DNA from: a virus
Taxonomy: Duplodnaviria > Caudoviricetes
Length of the DNA: 25,412 nt
Virus record (IMG/VR): IMGVR_UViG_3300017722_004908
Coordinates: 1 to 25,412 of that record
Strand: one strand, 5' to 3'
Position numbers and translations under genes: made by a program
The notes under the pieces: model-generated
Told to the model about the DNA's origin: nothing
Database searches by the model: none
Seen by the model: the letters and a program-made list of their open reading frames with translations, nothing else
Shown: piece by piece, positions 10,247 through 19,281 of the stretch
Numbering within the stretch: the stretch's first letter is position 1
How the letters are laid out: each line of letters starts with the position of its first letter

Positions 10247-10537
10247 ATGAACTCAAAAATACAAAAATTGATAGATGAGAGCCTTGAAATACTGAATGAT
10301 GAAGCACTTTTTCATAGACGTGACATCCCAGGAGACCAGGATGAATTCGAGCCTGAGTCAAGCGCGCCTCGCAGCGACCCTGGGATGATAAAATATGAAG
10401 TCTACGCGTCTATTGAGAAGATGATAGAAATATACGATCATCTTAATGAATTAAAGATCTCCAGCGAGATCGAATCTAAGCTTGCAAATGTAAAGAAAGC
10501 AATTAGAGAATTGTCTATGTGTATGGGTAAACGTTAA
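10247..10537 (+). CDS. Hypothetical acidic protein, possibly head-internal
   Basis: 96 aa from ATG 10247 (MNSKIQKLIDESLEILNDEALF...). The longer 10103 start overlaps primase by about 130 nt and is unlikely. Confidence 0.6.
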   Translation: MNSKIQKLIDESLEILNDEALFHRRDIPGDQDEFEPESSAPRSDPGMIKYEVYASIEKMIEIYDHLNELKISSEIESKLANVKKAIRELSMCMGKR

Positions 10538-10554
10538 GCTTGCCAGAATAGAAT
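10527..10554 (+). promoter_or_regulatory. Putative sigma70-type promoter (GTAAA-N17-TAGAAT), leaderless geometry
   Basis: TAGAAT at 10549-10554 ends 6 nt before ATG 10561. There is no SD upstream of this ATG. Confidence 0.4.
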
Positions 10555-10560
10555 TTCTCT

Positions 10561-13500
10561 ATGAAAATTGCTCATTTTGCAGATGTCCATTTTAGAGGTC
10601 TTTCTCGTCATGAAGAGTACCGAAAGTCATTCATAGACGCATTTAGATCTCTTAGAGATGAGAAGCCCGATGTGATCTATGTGGGTGGCGACATCGTTCA
10701 CTCAAAGACACAAGGAATCACACCTGAGCTTATTGATATTTTGACGTGGTGGTTCACAGAGCTCGCTACGATCGCGCCTGTAGAAGTCATCCTAGGGAAT
10801 CATGACGGATTGATCCTCAATAAGGATCGACAGGATGCGATAACACCCATCATCACAGCACTTGACAATAACAGAATACGCCTATACAAGGCATCAGGAA
10901 CATACAATAGTCCTGATGATCGATTTGCCTGGTGCGTTTTTTCGCCTTTTGATGTCGAAGGCTGGAAAAATGTCATTCCGGTAGATGGAAAGATAAATAT
11001 CGCGTTTTATCATGGTGCTGTCAAGGGTGCTAAATCAGACTCAGGCATCGAGCTTGATGGTGAAATCAATCTCGACCTGTTTGAAAAATTTGATTTTGCG
11101 CTATTAGGTGATATCCACAAGCGTCAATTTCTGAATGATGCAGGAACAGTGGCCTATTGCGGGTCAACAATACAACAAAACTACGGTGAAGACTTAGACA
11201 AGGGATACCTGATTTGGGATATCACGAGTCACAATAAGTTCACAACTAAATTTGTCAGAGTCGCTAATGATTCGCCATTCATTACAATTGAATGGCAAGA
11301 CGGATTGAAGCAAACTCTAACAAAGCTCCAGAGCGCGTCAAATCTTGCGAAAATCAGGTACAATGTACCTAACACACTGTCTGATGTAGAAATTAAGTCA
11401 CTTCACGAGCAGACACGCAATGCAGGTAACTTCGCTGAGATTCTCGTCAAGGTCAATGATGACAATTCTCTGAAAAATGCATCTGAACAGACACAGCTTA
11501 AATCTGAGAATCTTAGAGACAAGTCGATCTTAAGAAATGTAATTGATGATTATCTTTCAACAAAAAAGGTCGATCTTGCAAAGAGGCAGTTGTCACTAGA
11601 AAATTTTGAAAGATATTACGACAGCGTGTTGATCGATGATGAGGTTACCAGAAATATTGTCTGGAGTCTCAAGACACTTGAATTTGATAACATGTTTTCA
11701 TATGGGTCGAAAAATTTCATCGATTTCGATAAGCTATCTGGTATCACTGGCATCTTTGGCAAGAATCGATCGGGAAAGTCGTCAATAATCGGCACGATCG
11801 CATACGCTCTATTCAATACGACTGATAGAGGCACGATGAAGAATCTTCATCTAATAAATTCAGATGAAGACATGTGTCGTGCAAAGATCACAATGTCAGT
11901 TGCAGAAGAAGAGTATGAAATTGAGAGAGAATCGAACAAGGTCTATTCCAAGAAGTCAGATACTTCTGCTTCAACTAAGCTCTCACTTAAAAAGAAGAGC
12001 ACGGGTGATGTATTAAAGGACCTCAATGATGAGCAAAGACGCGAAACAGAAAAAATTGTTAGAAAGTTAATAGGAACATCTGACGACTTTTTCTACACGT
12101 GCCTTGCACCTCAAGGCCAGATGAACATGTTCATCAATGAAAAATCGACCAGCAGAAAGCAAATTCTTAGTCGCTTTCTTGATCTCGACATATTTGATGT
12201 CTATCATGACAAAGTTAAGCAAGATCTAGCACCGATCAAGGCAAGTCTCAAGAATTCTGCATCTATTGATGTCTTAACCAAGACCAAAGAAGATCTCATA
12301 ACACAAAAGGAAACGCTCCAAAAGGAGCTTGACGAGTCATCTCAAAAGCTTTCGTCAAAACGAGATCTTCTTGAATCTCTCAAGAAGCCAGATAATGTTG
12401 AGATCATTTCTGATGCAGATGTTGAGAATGCTGGGCTGAGAGTGAAACGCATCGAAGGCGAGATCGCTGATATTGAGAATAAATTGACATCGCTCAAGGT
12501 TGAGATCAAAGATCTCACAGACAAAAGCGAGAAGATCAAGTCAGCAATGTCCGTGATCAGCATTGACGATTTAAAGAAGCAAGAGTCTGATATCAAAGAT
12601 CTTGAGATGAAGTATGCAATCAATCTCAAGGATCACGAATCCAAGGAGCAAGAAGTTGCTCGTCTTGTGAAGAGGTCTAAGATTCTTGATGAAATTCCTT
12701 GCGGTGATAGTTTCAAAACATGCATCTTTATTAAGGATGCACATGAAAGTAAGACACTAATAAAGTCCCAGGAAGATGCTAGAGATGCGATTCAAAGGAC
12801 GCTAGAGATCTTGAAGGACAGGCTCAGTGAGCTTAACTCTGCTGACATAAAGTCCAAGATTGAAAAAGTTTCAAAGCTAAGCGAACTTAAAAATGATATC
12901 TCGCAGCAAATAGTCAAGCTAGAATCTAGTATAACAATCTACGATGAGAGGCTTTCTAATAAGCAGAGCGCTCATACAATAGATCTAGATAAATTGAAAT
13001 CAATCAAGGAAAAGAAAGCAAATCAAGAAGATTCTGATGTGGAGAAGATCCATCAAGAATACCTCACGATTCGCCAGGAGATTTCGAATCTCGAGAAGAA
13101 CAATCTTTCAATTTCTACCAATATCGGTAGGTGCGATGAAAAGATTCTAAACACTACAAGGCAGATTACTGAGCTTCTTGATGCGATCAAGCGACAAGAA
13201 ACGCTCACGATTCTTGAGAATGCCTTCTCTAAGAAAGGAATTCCACAAAGCATAATTTCTAAGAATCTACCTCTCATCAATTGTGAAGTATCCAAGATTC
13301 TGGATGGAATTTCTGGTTTCACAGTCGAAATAGAGTGTGATGACTCTAATAATATCGAGATCTACCTCAACTACGGTGACAGGAGAAGAATCATCGAGTT
13401 AGGATCTGGAATGGAAAAGATGATAGCATCGATTGCAATTAGAGTTGCCCTAACGAACATTTCATCACTTCCAAAATCAGATATGCTCATTATTGATGAA

Positions 13501-13677
13501 GGCTTCGGGGCGCTAGATGAGAACAACTTAGAGGCATGCTCACGTTTACTTCAGAATCTGAAGAGTTATTTTAAGAAAATTGTAATAATCTCCCATGTCG
13601 ATGCAATAAAGGACGTTGTTGATAACATGTTGAGCGTTGAATCGCACAACAATAGATCGAAAGTTATCCATGTCTAG
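10561..13677 (+). CDS. Fused Mre11/SbcD phosphoesterase - Rad50/SbcC ATPase recombination nuclease (T4 gp47-gp46-like)
   Basis: 1038 aa. Phosphoesterase motifs: ADVH, GGD, GNHD, YHG, GDIH. ATPase features: Walker A GKNRSGKSS, Q-loop APQG, long coiled coil, Walker B LIIDEG, H-loop IISH. Confidence 0.92.
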   Translation: MKIAHFADVHFRGLSRHEEYRKSFIDAFRSLRDEKPDVIYVGGDIVHSKTQGITPELIDILTWWFTELATIAPVEVILGNHDGLILNKDRQDAITPIITALDNNRIRLYKASGTYNSPDDRFAWCVFSPFDVEGWKNVIPVDGKINIAFYHGAVKGAKSDSGIELDGEINLDLFEKFDFALLGDIHKRQFLNDAGTVAYCGSTIQQNYGEDLDKGYLIWDITSHNKFTTKFVRVANDSPFITIEWQDGLKQTLTKLQSASNLAKIRYNVPNTLSDVEIKSLHEQTRNAGNFAEILVKVNDDNSLKNASEQTQLKSENLRDKSILRNVIDDYLSTKKVDLAKRQLSLENFERYYDSVLIDDEVTRNIVWSLKTLEFDNMFSYGSKNFIDFDKLSGITGIFGKNRSGKSSIIGTIAYALFNTTDRGTMKNLHLINSDEDMCRAKITMSVAEEEYEIERESNKVYSKKSDTSASTKLSLKKKSTGDVLKDLNDEQRRETEKIVRKLIGTSDDFFYTCLAPQGQMNMFINEKSTSRKQILSRFLDLDIFDVYHDKVKQDLAPIKASLKNSASIDVLTKTKEDLITQKETLQKELDESSQKLSSKRDLLESLKKPDNVEIISDADVENAGLRVKRIEGEIADIENKLTSLKVEIKDLTDKSEKIKSAMSVISIDDLKKQESDIKDLEMKYAINLKDHESKEQEVARLVKRSKILDEIPCGDSFKTCIFIKDAHESKTLIKSQEDARDAIQRTLEILKDRLSELNSADIKSKIEKVSKLSELKNDISQQIVKLESSITIYDERLSNKQSAHTIDLDKLKSIKEKKANQEDSDVEKIHQEYLTIRQEISNLEKNNLSISTNIGRCDEKILNTTRQITELLDAIKRQETLTILENAFSKKGIPQSIISKNLPLINCEVSKILDGISGFTVEIECDDSNNIEIYLNYGDRRRIIELGSGMEKMIASIAIRVALTNISSLPKSDMLIIDEGFGALDENNLEACSRLLQNLKSYFKKIVIISHVDAIKDVVDNMLSVESHNNRSKVIHV

Positions 13678-13912
13678 CATGCCTATTTTTTGCACAGTTT
13701 GTGATTGTGCGCTTGACTACAGGTTAGACTACAACTATTTTCAAACATTCAAGTGTTGTAGACATTGTGCAATGAAATGGGCTGAGCCCCAAAGAAGCAA
13801 ATGGATTGAAGGATGGCGGCCACAACCTGAAGATGTTGATAAATATAGAAATGAGCGTATTGAGCTGATTCTCAGTGCAAAAAGGATAAAAAATGACATT
13901 CGAACAGATTAA
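13670..13912 (+). CDS. Small Zn-finger protein
   Basis: 80 aa from ATG 13670, overlapping the upstream stop. Cys pairs 'CTVC' and 'CRHC'. Confidence 0.65.
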   Translation: MSSMPIFCTVCDCALDYRLDYNYFQTFKCCRHCAMKWAEPQRSKWIEGWRPQPEDVDKYRNERIELILSAKRIKNDIRTD

Positions 13913-14273
13913 CGCACTTGGACAGATACTTGACACAACATTTGGAAAAAGTTCTACTGTCAAGAGCGCAACGTTTTCAATCAAGACAAAGATGTCAGGT
14001 GATCAAATTCATGTGATGTATACAACAATCAGCAACATCGTTGCTGATAAGCCATCAAGAGACCAAGTCAGAGAGCAGGAAAGAATCTCTGAGAAGTTGA
14101 TCGATGATTTCATCACGCAAGTCAAGAAAGACTACAAGACGGCAACAGGATCAACTCTAAAGCTCAAGAAGGGTGATTCAACAGACGAGATCGAGATGAT
14201 CTCAATGTCTGCATACAACCCTAAGAAAACTGCGTACTACCGCAGGAGGGCAGTTTATACTGTTAATGGATAA
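13893..14273 (+). CDS. Hypothetical protein coupled to the large terminase
   Basis: 126 aa. Its stop overlaps the terminase start (TAATG at 14271-14275). Confidence 0.7.
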   Translation: MTFEQINALGQILDTTFGKSSTVKSATFSIKTKMSGDQIHVMYTTISNIVADKPSRDQVREQERISEKLIDDFITQVKKDYKTATGSTLKLKKGDSTDEIEMISMSAYNPKKTAYYRRRAVYTVNG

Positions 14274-15871
14274 TGACTATCGTCAATAAACAGCGACAAG
14301 TTGCAGAAATCATAAGATGTGGTAAAGATCCTGCGTATTTTTTCAATAGCTATGTGAAGATCCAGCATCCAACAAAGGGAACGATTCCATTCAAGACATT
14401 CCCATTTCAAGATGACTGTGTAAAAGAATTTATAGACAATAGATTCGTCATTGTTGTGAAGGGTCGACAGCTAGGCCTGTCGACCCTTGTGGCTGCTTAT
14501 GCAGTATGGCTTGCACTTTTCCAGCGCGACAAGAACATCTTGATTATTGCAACAAAGTTACAAGTTGCACAGAACTTCATCAAGAAGTCTAAGACGATTC
14601 TCAACAATTTGCCAGCCTGGCTGATGTTATCACAGGTCACGGCTAACAATAAACAGCTAGTTGAATTCAGTCACGGCTCATCAATCAAGGCCATCCCAAC
14701 ATCAGAAGATGCAGGACGCTCAGAAGCACTTTCTCTATTGATTGTTGATGAAGCAGCATTCGTTAGAGACTTCGACACGCTTTGGACAGGTCTTTACCCG
14801 ACGCTATCGACAGGTGGAAGAGCTATCGTCCTTTCTACACCTAATGGTGTCGGAGGTCAATACTACAAGCTATACAAGGATGCCGAAGCAGGTCTGAATG
14901 AATTTAAATCGATCAAGTTTAATTGGGATGTTCATCCTGAGAGAGACCAGGCTTGGTTCGAGAAAGAGACGAGGAACATGTCGCCTCGACAAGTGGCGCA
15001 GGAGCTTCTTTGCGATTTCGCGTCATCGGGCGAAACTTTCTTAGGCGATAACGAGCTGAAGTGGATACACTCGAACATCATGTCGCCTGCTGAGAGGACA
15101 GGTTTTGATCGGAACGTCTGGATATGGAAATATCCTCTCAGCGAACACAAGTATTTGTTGTCTGCTGACGTTGCCCGAGGAGATGGAAAAGATTATTCAT
15201 CATTTCACATAATTGATCTATCGACAGGTGAGGTTGTCGTAGAGTATAAAGGAAAAGTTGCACCAGACAGATTTGGTGACCTTCTAAATGAATTTGGCCT
15301 GATGTATAACAAAGCTTTGTTGTGCCCAGAGAACAACAGCTTTGGATATGCAACAATAATCAGGCTTAGAGATCTAAATTATCCGAAAATGTACTACCAG
15401 AGAAACAATGCTGTCTATATCGGAGGTTACATCCCGCCGGGCGAGACATCATCTGCAGGATTCAACACTAATGGCAAAACAAGGTCGCTAATTCTCACAA
15501 AACTTGAAGAGCTTCTCCGAAACAGACAGATCATTACTTACTCACAAAGGTTTTATGACGAACTTAAGACTTTCGTCTGGAATGACAACAGAGTTCAAGC
15601 CATGAAGGGTGAGAATGATGATCTTGTCATGAGCTTGGCTATTGGAACATGGCTCTATGACACATCTGCAGAAAATAATAAAGATTCTAACACACTTAAT
15701 CAAGCGATGCTGGCCGGTATGTCTGTTAAATCCATGAATTTCAATGGCGCTGCTAACGATATACTCACGGGAGAAAGTAAGCGTAGAGTTGATTCTAAGC
15801 GAGATTTAGTGAATGGTCGATCTTTAAACAGATATAATATTCCAGCAGATCTTGCATGGGTCTACAAGTAG
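14273..15871 (+). CDS. terL: Terminase large subunit (T4 gp17-like)
   Basis: 532 aa. Walker A 'KGRQLGLST', Walker B 'LLIVDEAAF', coupling motif 'STPNG', nuclease motifs 'ADVARGDGKDYS' and 'DDLVMSLAI'. Confidence 0.95.
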   Translation: MTIVNKQRQVAEIIRCGKDPAYFFNSYVKIQHPTKGTIPFKTFPFQDDCVKEFIDNRFVIVVKGRQLGLSTLVAAYAVWLALFQRDKNILIIATKLQVAQNFIKKSKTILNNLPAWLMLSQVTANNKQLVEFSHGSSIKAIPTSEDAGRSEALSLLIVDEAAFVRDFDTLWTGLYPTLSTGGRAIVLSTPNGVGGQYYKLYKDAEAGLNEFKSIKFNWDVHPERDQAWFEKETRNMSPRQVAQELLCDFASSGETFLGDNELKWIHSNIMSPAERTGFDRNVWIWKYPLSEHKYLLSADVARGDGKDYSSFHIIDLSTGEVVVEYKGKVAPDRFGDLLNEFGLMYNKALLCPENNSFGYATIIRLRDLNYPKMYYQRNNAVYIGGYIPPGETSSAGFNTNGKTRSLILTKLEELLRNRQIITYSQRFYDELKTFVWNDNRVQAMKGENDDLVMSLAIGTWLYDTSAENNKDSNTLNQAMLAGMSVKSMNFNGAANDILTGESKRRVDSKRDLVNGRSLNRYNIPADLAWVYK

Positions 15872-15876
15872 GTTAA

Positions 15877-17853
15877 ATGGCAAAAGAAGAAAATATCTTT
15901 ACACGTCTTACAAAACTCTTTAGGAGTGGTCCTGTCGTCAAGCGTAGAGTGCGTGATTTCACACCAAGCGCTAAGAATACGACAGCATTTGAGCTTTTTA
16001 GAAAGACACAAAGTCACGTGTACAGCTCTGCTATGTCTGCTTACGGTTCGTATGACAGAATGGCAAGGTATTCTGATTTTCAAGAGATGGAATATACTCC
16101 GGAGATCGCTAGCGCCCTGGACATCTATGCTGAAGAATCTGTGGCACCGGATGAGCTAGGAAATGTTCTTCACATCTACTCAGAAAATGCCCAGATCAAT
16201 AAGATCCTCAATGAGCTTTTCTACGATACATTGAATGTGAACTTTAATCTGACTGCATGGGTCAGAAATATGTGCAAGTATGGTGATTTTTTCTTATTCA
16301 ACGATGTTTCACCCGATCAAGGTGTTATCAATGTCTACCCTATTGCTGTCAATGAAATCGAGAGAGAAGAAGGGTTCGACAAGGATGACCCACTCGCGGT
16401 TAGATTCAGGTGGATGACTCAGGGTAATCAGATACTTGAGAACTGGCAGGTCTCACACTTTAGAATATTGGGAAATGATGCATTCCTTCCATACGGAACT
16501 TCAGTTCTTGAAGCAGCACGAAGAATATGGAGGCAATTGATCCTCATCGAAGACGCAATGCTCGTCTATAGAATTGTTAGAGCACCAGATAGAAGAGTGT
16601 TCTATATCGATGTAGGCAACATACCTCCAGAAGAAATTCCAAACTACATGGAACAAGCACAGTCGCAGCTGAAGAAGAACCAGGTCGTTGATCGAAACAC
16701 AGGAAGAGTTGACTTACGATACAACCCATTGTCAGTTGATGAAGACTACTTTCTTCCAGTTCGTGGAACTGCGACAGGTACAAAGATTGAAACACTCGCA
16801 GGCGGTTCGAATGCCGCCGCTGTTGAAGACGTTCAATACATCCAGAAAAAACTTTTTGCTGCCTTAAAAATTCCAAAAGCTTATCTCGGGTATGATGAAG
16901 GCTTGGGCGCAAAAGCAACACTATCACAAGAAGACATCAGATTTTCTAGATCAATCAATCGAATTCAGAGAACTATTCTGTCTGAATTAAACAAGATCGC
17001 AATCATTCATCTACATTCACATGGATTTGATGGCGATGATCTTCTTGACTTTGAACTCAAGCTCACAAACCCTTCCACAATTGCACAGCAGCAAAAGCTT
17101 GAACTTTTCAATACAAAATTTACGATCGCCCAATCAGCAAATGGCGTCGAAGGGCTTGTTGATAAAAAGTGGATTAGAAAGAACATCTTCATGATGTCTG
17201 ATGAAGAGATCAAAAACATCGAGAAGGGCCTGCTTAAGGACAAGGAAATGTCTCTGCGAGTTGAAGCAGTTAAATTGCCTGATGCTGAAGAGCCTGTCGG
17301 TGATCTTGAATCACCTGAGATCGGTGCCGCCGGAGGTGGTGGTCTAGGTGCTGAACCAGCGTCACCAGGATCAACAGGCACAACAGAATTGAGCACTGCA
17401 CCTGCAATTTCTGAGATTGATGATGTTGAGGCTAAAGTTCTAGAATTTACACCATTCCCTGTAAAGCCGCGCCAAAACCTCTCATTGAAGTCTAGCCTCT
17501 TAGGTGAGACAGCAGCAGGGCCAAACTATGTCGAGAGAGAGAAGAAGAACAAGGCGCGCAGAGTGAGCCCGAATAATCAAAAAACAGACCATGCTAGACT
17601 CGTGTCACATGATCGAAAAAACCAGAGTGACTCTATAACTCACCCGTTCGGTCACAAGAATGATCTCATAAACCCGTTTAAAAATCCTTTGTCAGAAGAT
17701 GATGACGATGCTGTTGATGAATACTTAGATGAGAGATTTGTGTTTGGTGATACAAGGATGTCTGAGATCGAATCGATCGTAAAGACACTGACTAAGTCAG
17801 GTAAGAAAATCTCTGAGTCTGAGAATACATCAGGGGATGACAATGAATCATAA
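15877..17853 (+). CDS. gp20: Portal protein (T4 gp20-like) with long C-terminal extension
   Basis: 658 aa. gp20-type motifs 'EDAMLVYRIVRAPDRRVFYIDVGNIP', 'EDYFLPVRG', 'IETLAGG', 'KKLFAALKIPK'. It follows the terminase. Confidence 0.93.
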   Translation: MAKEENIFTRLTKLFRSGPVVKRRVRDFTPSAKNTTAFELFRKTQSHVYSSAMSAYGSYDRMARYSDFQEMEYTPEIASALDIYAEESVAPDELGNVLHIYSENAQINKILNELFYDTLNVNFNLTAWVRNMCKYGDFFLFNDVSPDQGVINVYPIAVNEIEREEGFDKDDPLAVRFRWMTQGNQILENWQVSHFRILGNDAFLPYGTSVLEAARRIWRQLILIEDAMLVYRIVRAPDRRVFYIDVGNIPPEEIPNYMEQAQSQLKKNQVVDRNTGRVDLRYNPLSVDEDYFLPVRGTATGTKIETLAGGSNAAAVEDVQYIQKKLFAALKIPKAYLGYDEGLGAKATLSQEDIRFSRSINRIQRTILSELNKIAIIHLHSHGFDGDDLLDFELKLTNPSTIAQQQKLELFNTKFTIAQSANGVEGLVDKKWIRKNIFMMSDEEIKNIEKGLLKDKEMSLRVEAVKLPDAEEPVGDLESPEIGAAGGGGLGAEPASPGSTGTTELSTAPAISEIDDVEAKVLEFTPFPVKPRQNLSLKSSLLGETAAGPNYVEREKKNKARRVSPNNQKTDHARLVSHDRKNQSDSITHPFGHKNDLINPFKNPLSEDDDDAVDEYLDERFVFGDTRMSEIESIVKTLTKSGKKISESENTSGDDNES

Positions 17854-18679
17854 CAAAAAGCGAAATGTTGGAATCATATACGAGCTTCTAGTTCGTGCCG
17901 TATCTTCATATCTTGTCGACAACGATAAGGGAAGAGCACAGATTGCACTCGACATTCTGTCTAGGCACTACAATAAGCACACAGAGTTGTATAAAGAATT
18001 TAGATTGTTCAATGCACTTGCCAAGACAACTGTCAAAGACACGTCTGTCGCAGCTGCAATCCTTACAGAATCTAGATCAGCATCAAAGAGATTTGATTCA
18101 GTCAAGATAGACAAGGAAAAGTCCTCACTAATAAAAGAAATTAACTACAATCTTGTTGATACAAACTTCTATAGAAGGAACGTTCCTGATTATCGAGTTT
18201 ATGCAACAATCCAAACTCTATTGAATCAATGGCGTCAGGGTGATAGATCAAATCTTGCAGAATCTGTCATTATTGAGTCAAATCTTATTGAGTGGCTCAC
18301 GTCTGAGAAGCAAGTTGAGACTATTCAAGAAGTCAACCCAAATGTTGATGCTCTCGTTGTCAAGATCATGAACGAGAAATTCAACAAGAAGTACAATGAT
18401 AAATTGACGCTTGAGCAGAAAGAACTTATCAACGATTACGTATTTTCAATGAAGAACGACGATGGTAGGTCGATCTCTTATAAGGCAGAGATACTAAGAA
18501 AGTCTACTATCAATAAGTTGAATGAACTTAGAAGTGACGAAAAAAATCCTGTTCTACTTGAAAAGTCAGAGATTGTTCTTGAGCGTCTTAACTCACTGAA
18601 TTTTGACAAGATTGATGATGAGAAAATCTCAAAGCTCATGACAATGATACAGCTTGTCAAAGAGATAAAGGAGACATAA
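17837..18679 (+). CDS. Hypothetical head-module protein between portal and protease
   Basis: About 280 aa, helical and charged ('HNKKRNVGIIYELLVR'). ATG 17843 is better spaced from SD-like AGGGG than ATG 17837. Confidence 0.7.
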   Translation: MTMNHNKKRNVGIIYELLVRAVSSYLVDNDKGRAQIALDILSRHYNKHTELYKEFRLFNALAKTTVKDTSVAAAILTESRSASKRFDSVKIDKEKSSLIKEINYNLVDTNFYRRNVPDYRVYATIQTLLNQWRQGDRSNLAESVIIESNLIEWLTSEKQVETIQEVNPNVDALVVKIMNEKFNKKYNDKLTLEQKELINDYVFSMKNDDGRSISYKAEILRKSTINKLNELRSDEKNPVLLEKSEIVLERLNSLNFDKIDDEKISKLMTMIQLVKEIKET

Positions 18680-18680
18680 C

Positions 18681-19280
18681 ATGTCAATGACATTACTCAA
18701 AGAATGGACAACATTACAATATAATCCGGCTGTCATAAAAGAGTCACGTACTCAAAATGGCGGGAAGATTATGCTAAAAGGAATCATCCAAAGAGCTGAT
18801 ACTATCAATCAAAATGGTAGAATCTATCCTCGAGGAATTCTTGAAAGAGAGATAATCAACTATCAAAAGTTTATTAGAGAGAATAGAGCACTCGGCGAGT
18901 GTGATCATCCTGACACATCTGTTGTTGAACTTAAAAATGCCTCTCACCTTGTAAAAGAAGCAAGAATGGATGGTGACAATGTTTTTGGAGTCATCGAGCT
19001 TCTTGACACACCTAGCGGAAAAATTCTTCAAAGTCTTGTTGAAAGCGGTGTAACACTCGGGATATCATCAAGAGGTGTAGGTTCAACTAAGCAACAAGGA
19101 AGTGCACTCATAGTTCAAGACGATTTTCAACTAATCTGTTTCGACATCGTATCAGAACCCAGCACACCCGGGGCGTTCATCAATGAGTCAAAAAACATAG
19201 ATGCGAGAGAATTGAATAAAACGTTTAATCGTTCAGATAGGATCGATAGAATATTCAATAGCATAATTACATGGAAATAA
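18681..19280 (+). CDS. gp21: Prohead core protease (T4 gp21-like)
   Basis: 199 aa, SD GGAG. Motifs 'NQNGRIYP', 'ALGECDHP' (catalytic His), 'LGISSRGVGS' (catalytic Ser) and 'FDIVSEPSTPGAF'. Confidence 0.92.
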   Translation: MSMTLLKEWTTLQYNPAVIKESRTQNGGKIMLKGIIQRADTINQNGRIYPRGILEREIINYQKFIRENRALGECDHPDTSVVELKNASHLVKEARMDGDNVFGVIELLDTPSGKILQSLVESGVTLGISSRGVGSTKQQGSALIVQDDFQLICFDIVSEPSTPGAFINESKNIDARELNKTFNRSDRIDRIFNSIITWK

Positions 19281-19281
19281 T

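Noticed and set aside
14273-17853. Possible intein or intron in terminase or portal
   Set aside because: Both frames are continuous, the motif spacing looks ordinary, and no intein splice-junction or LAGLIDADG motifs were seen.
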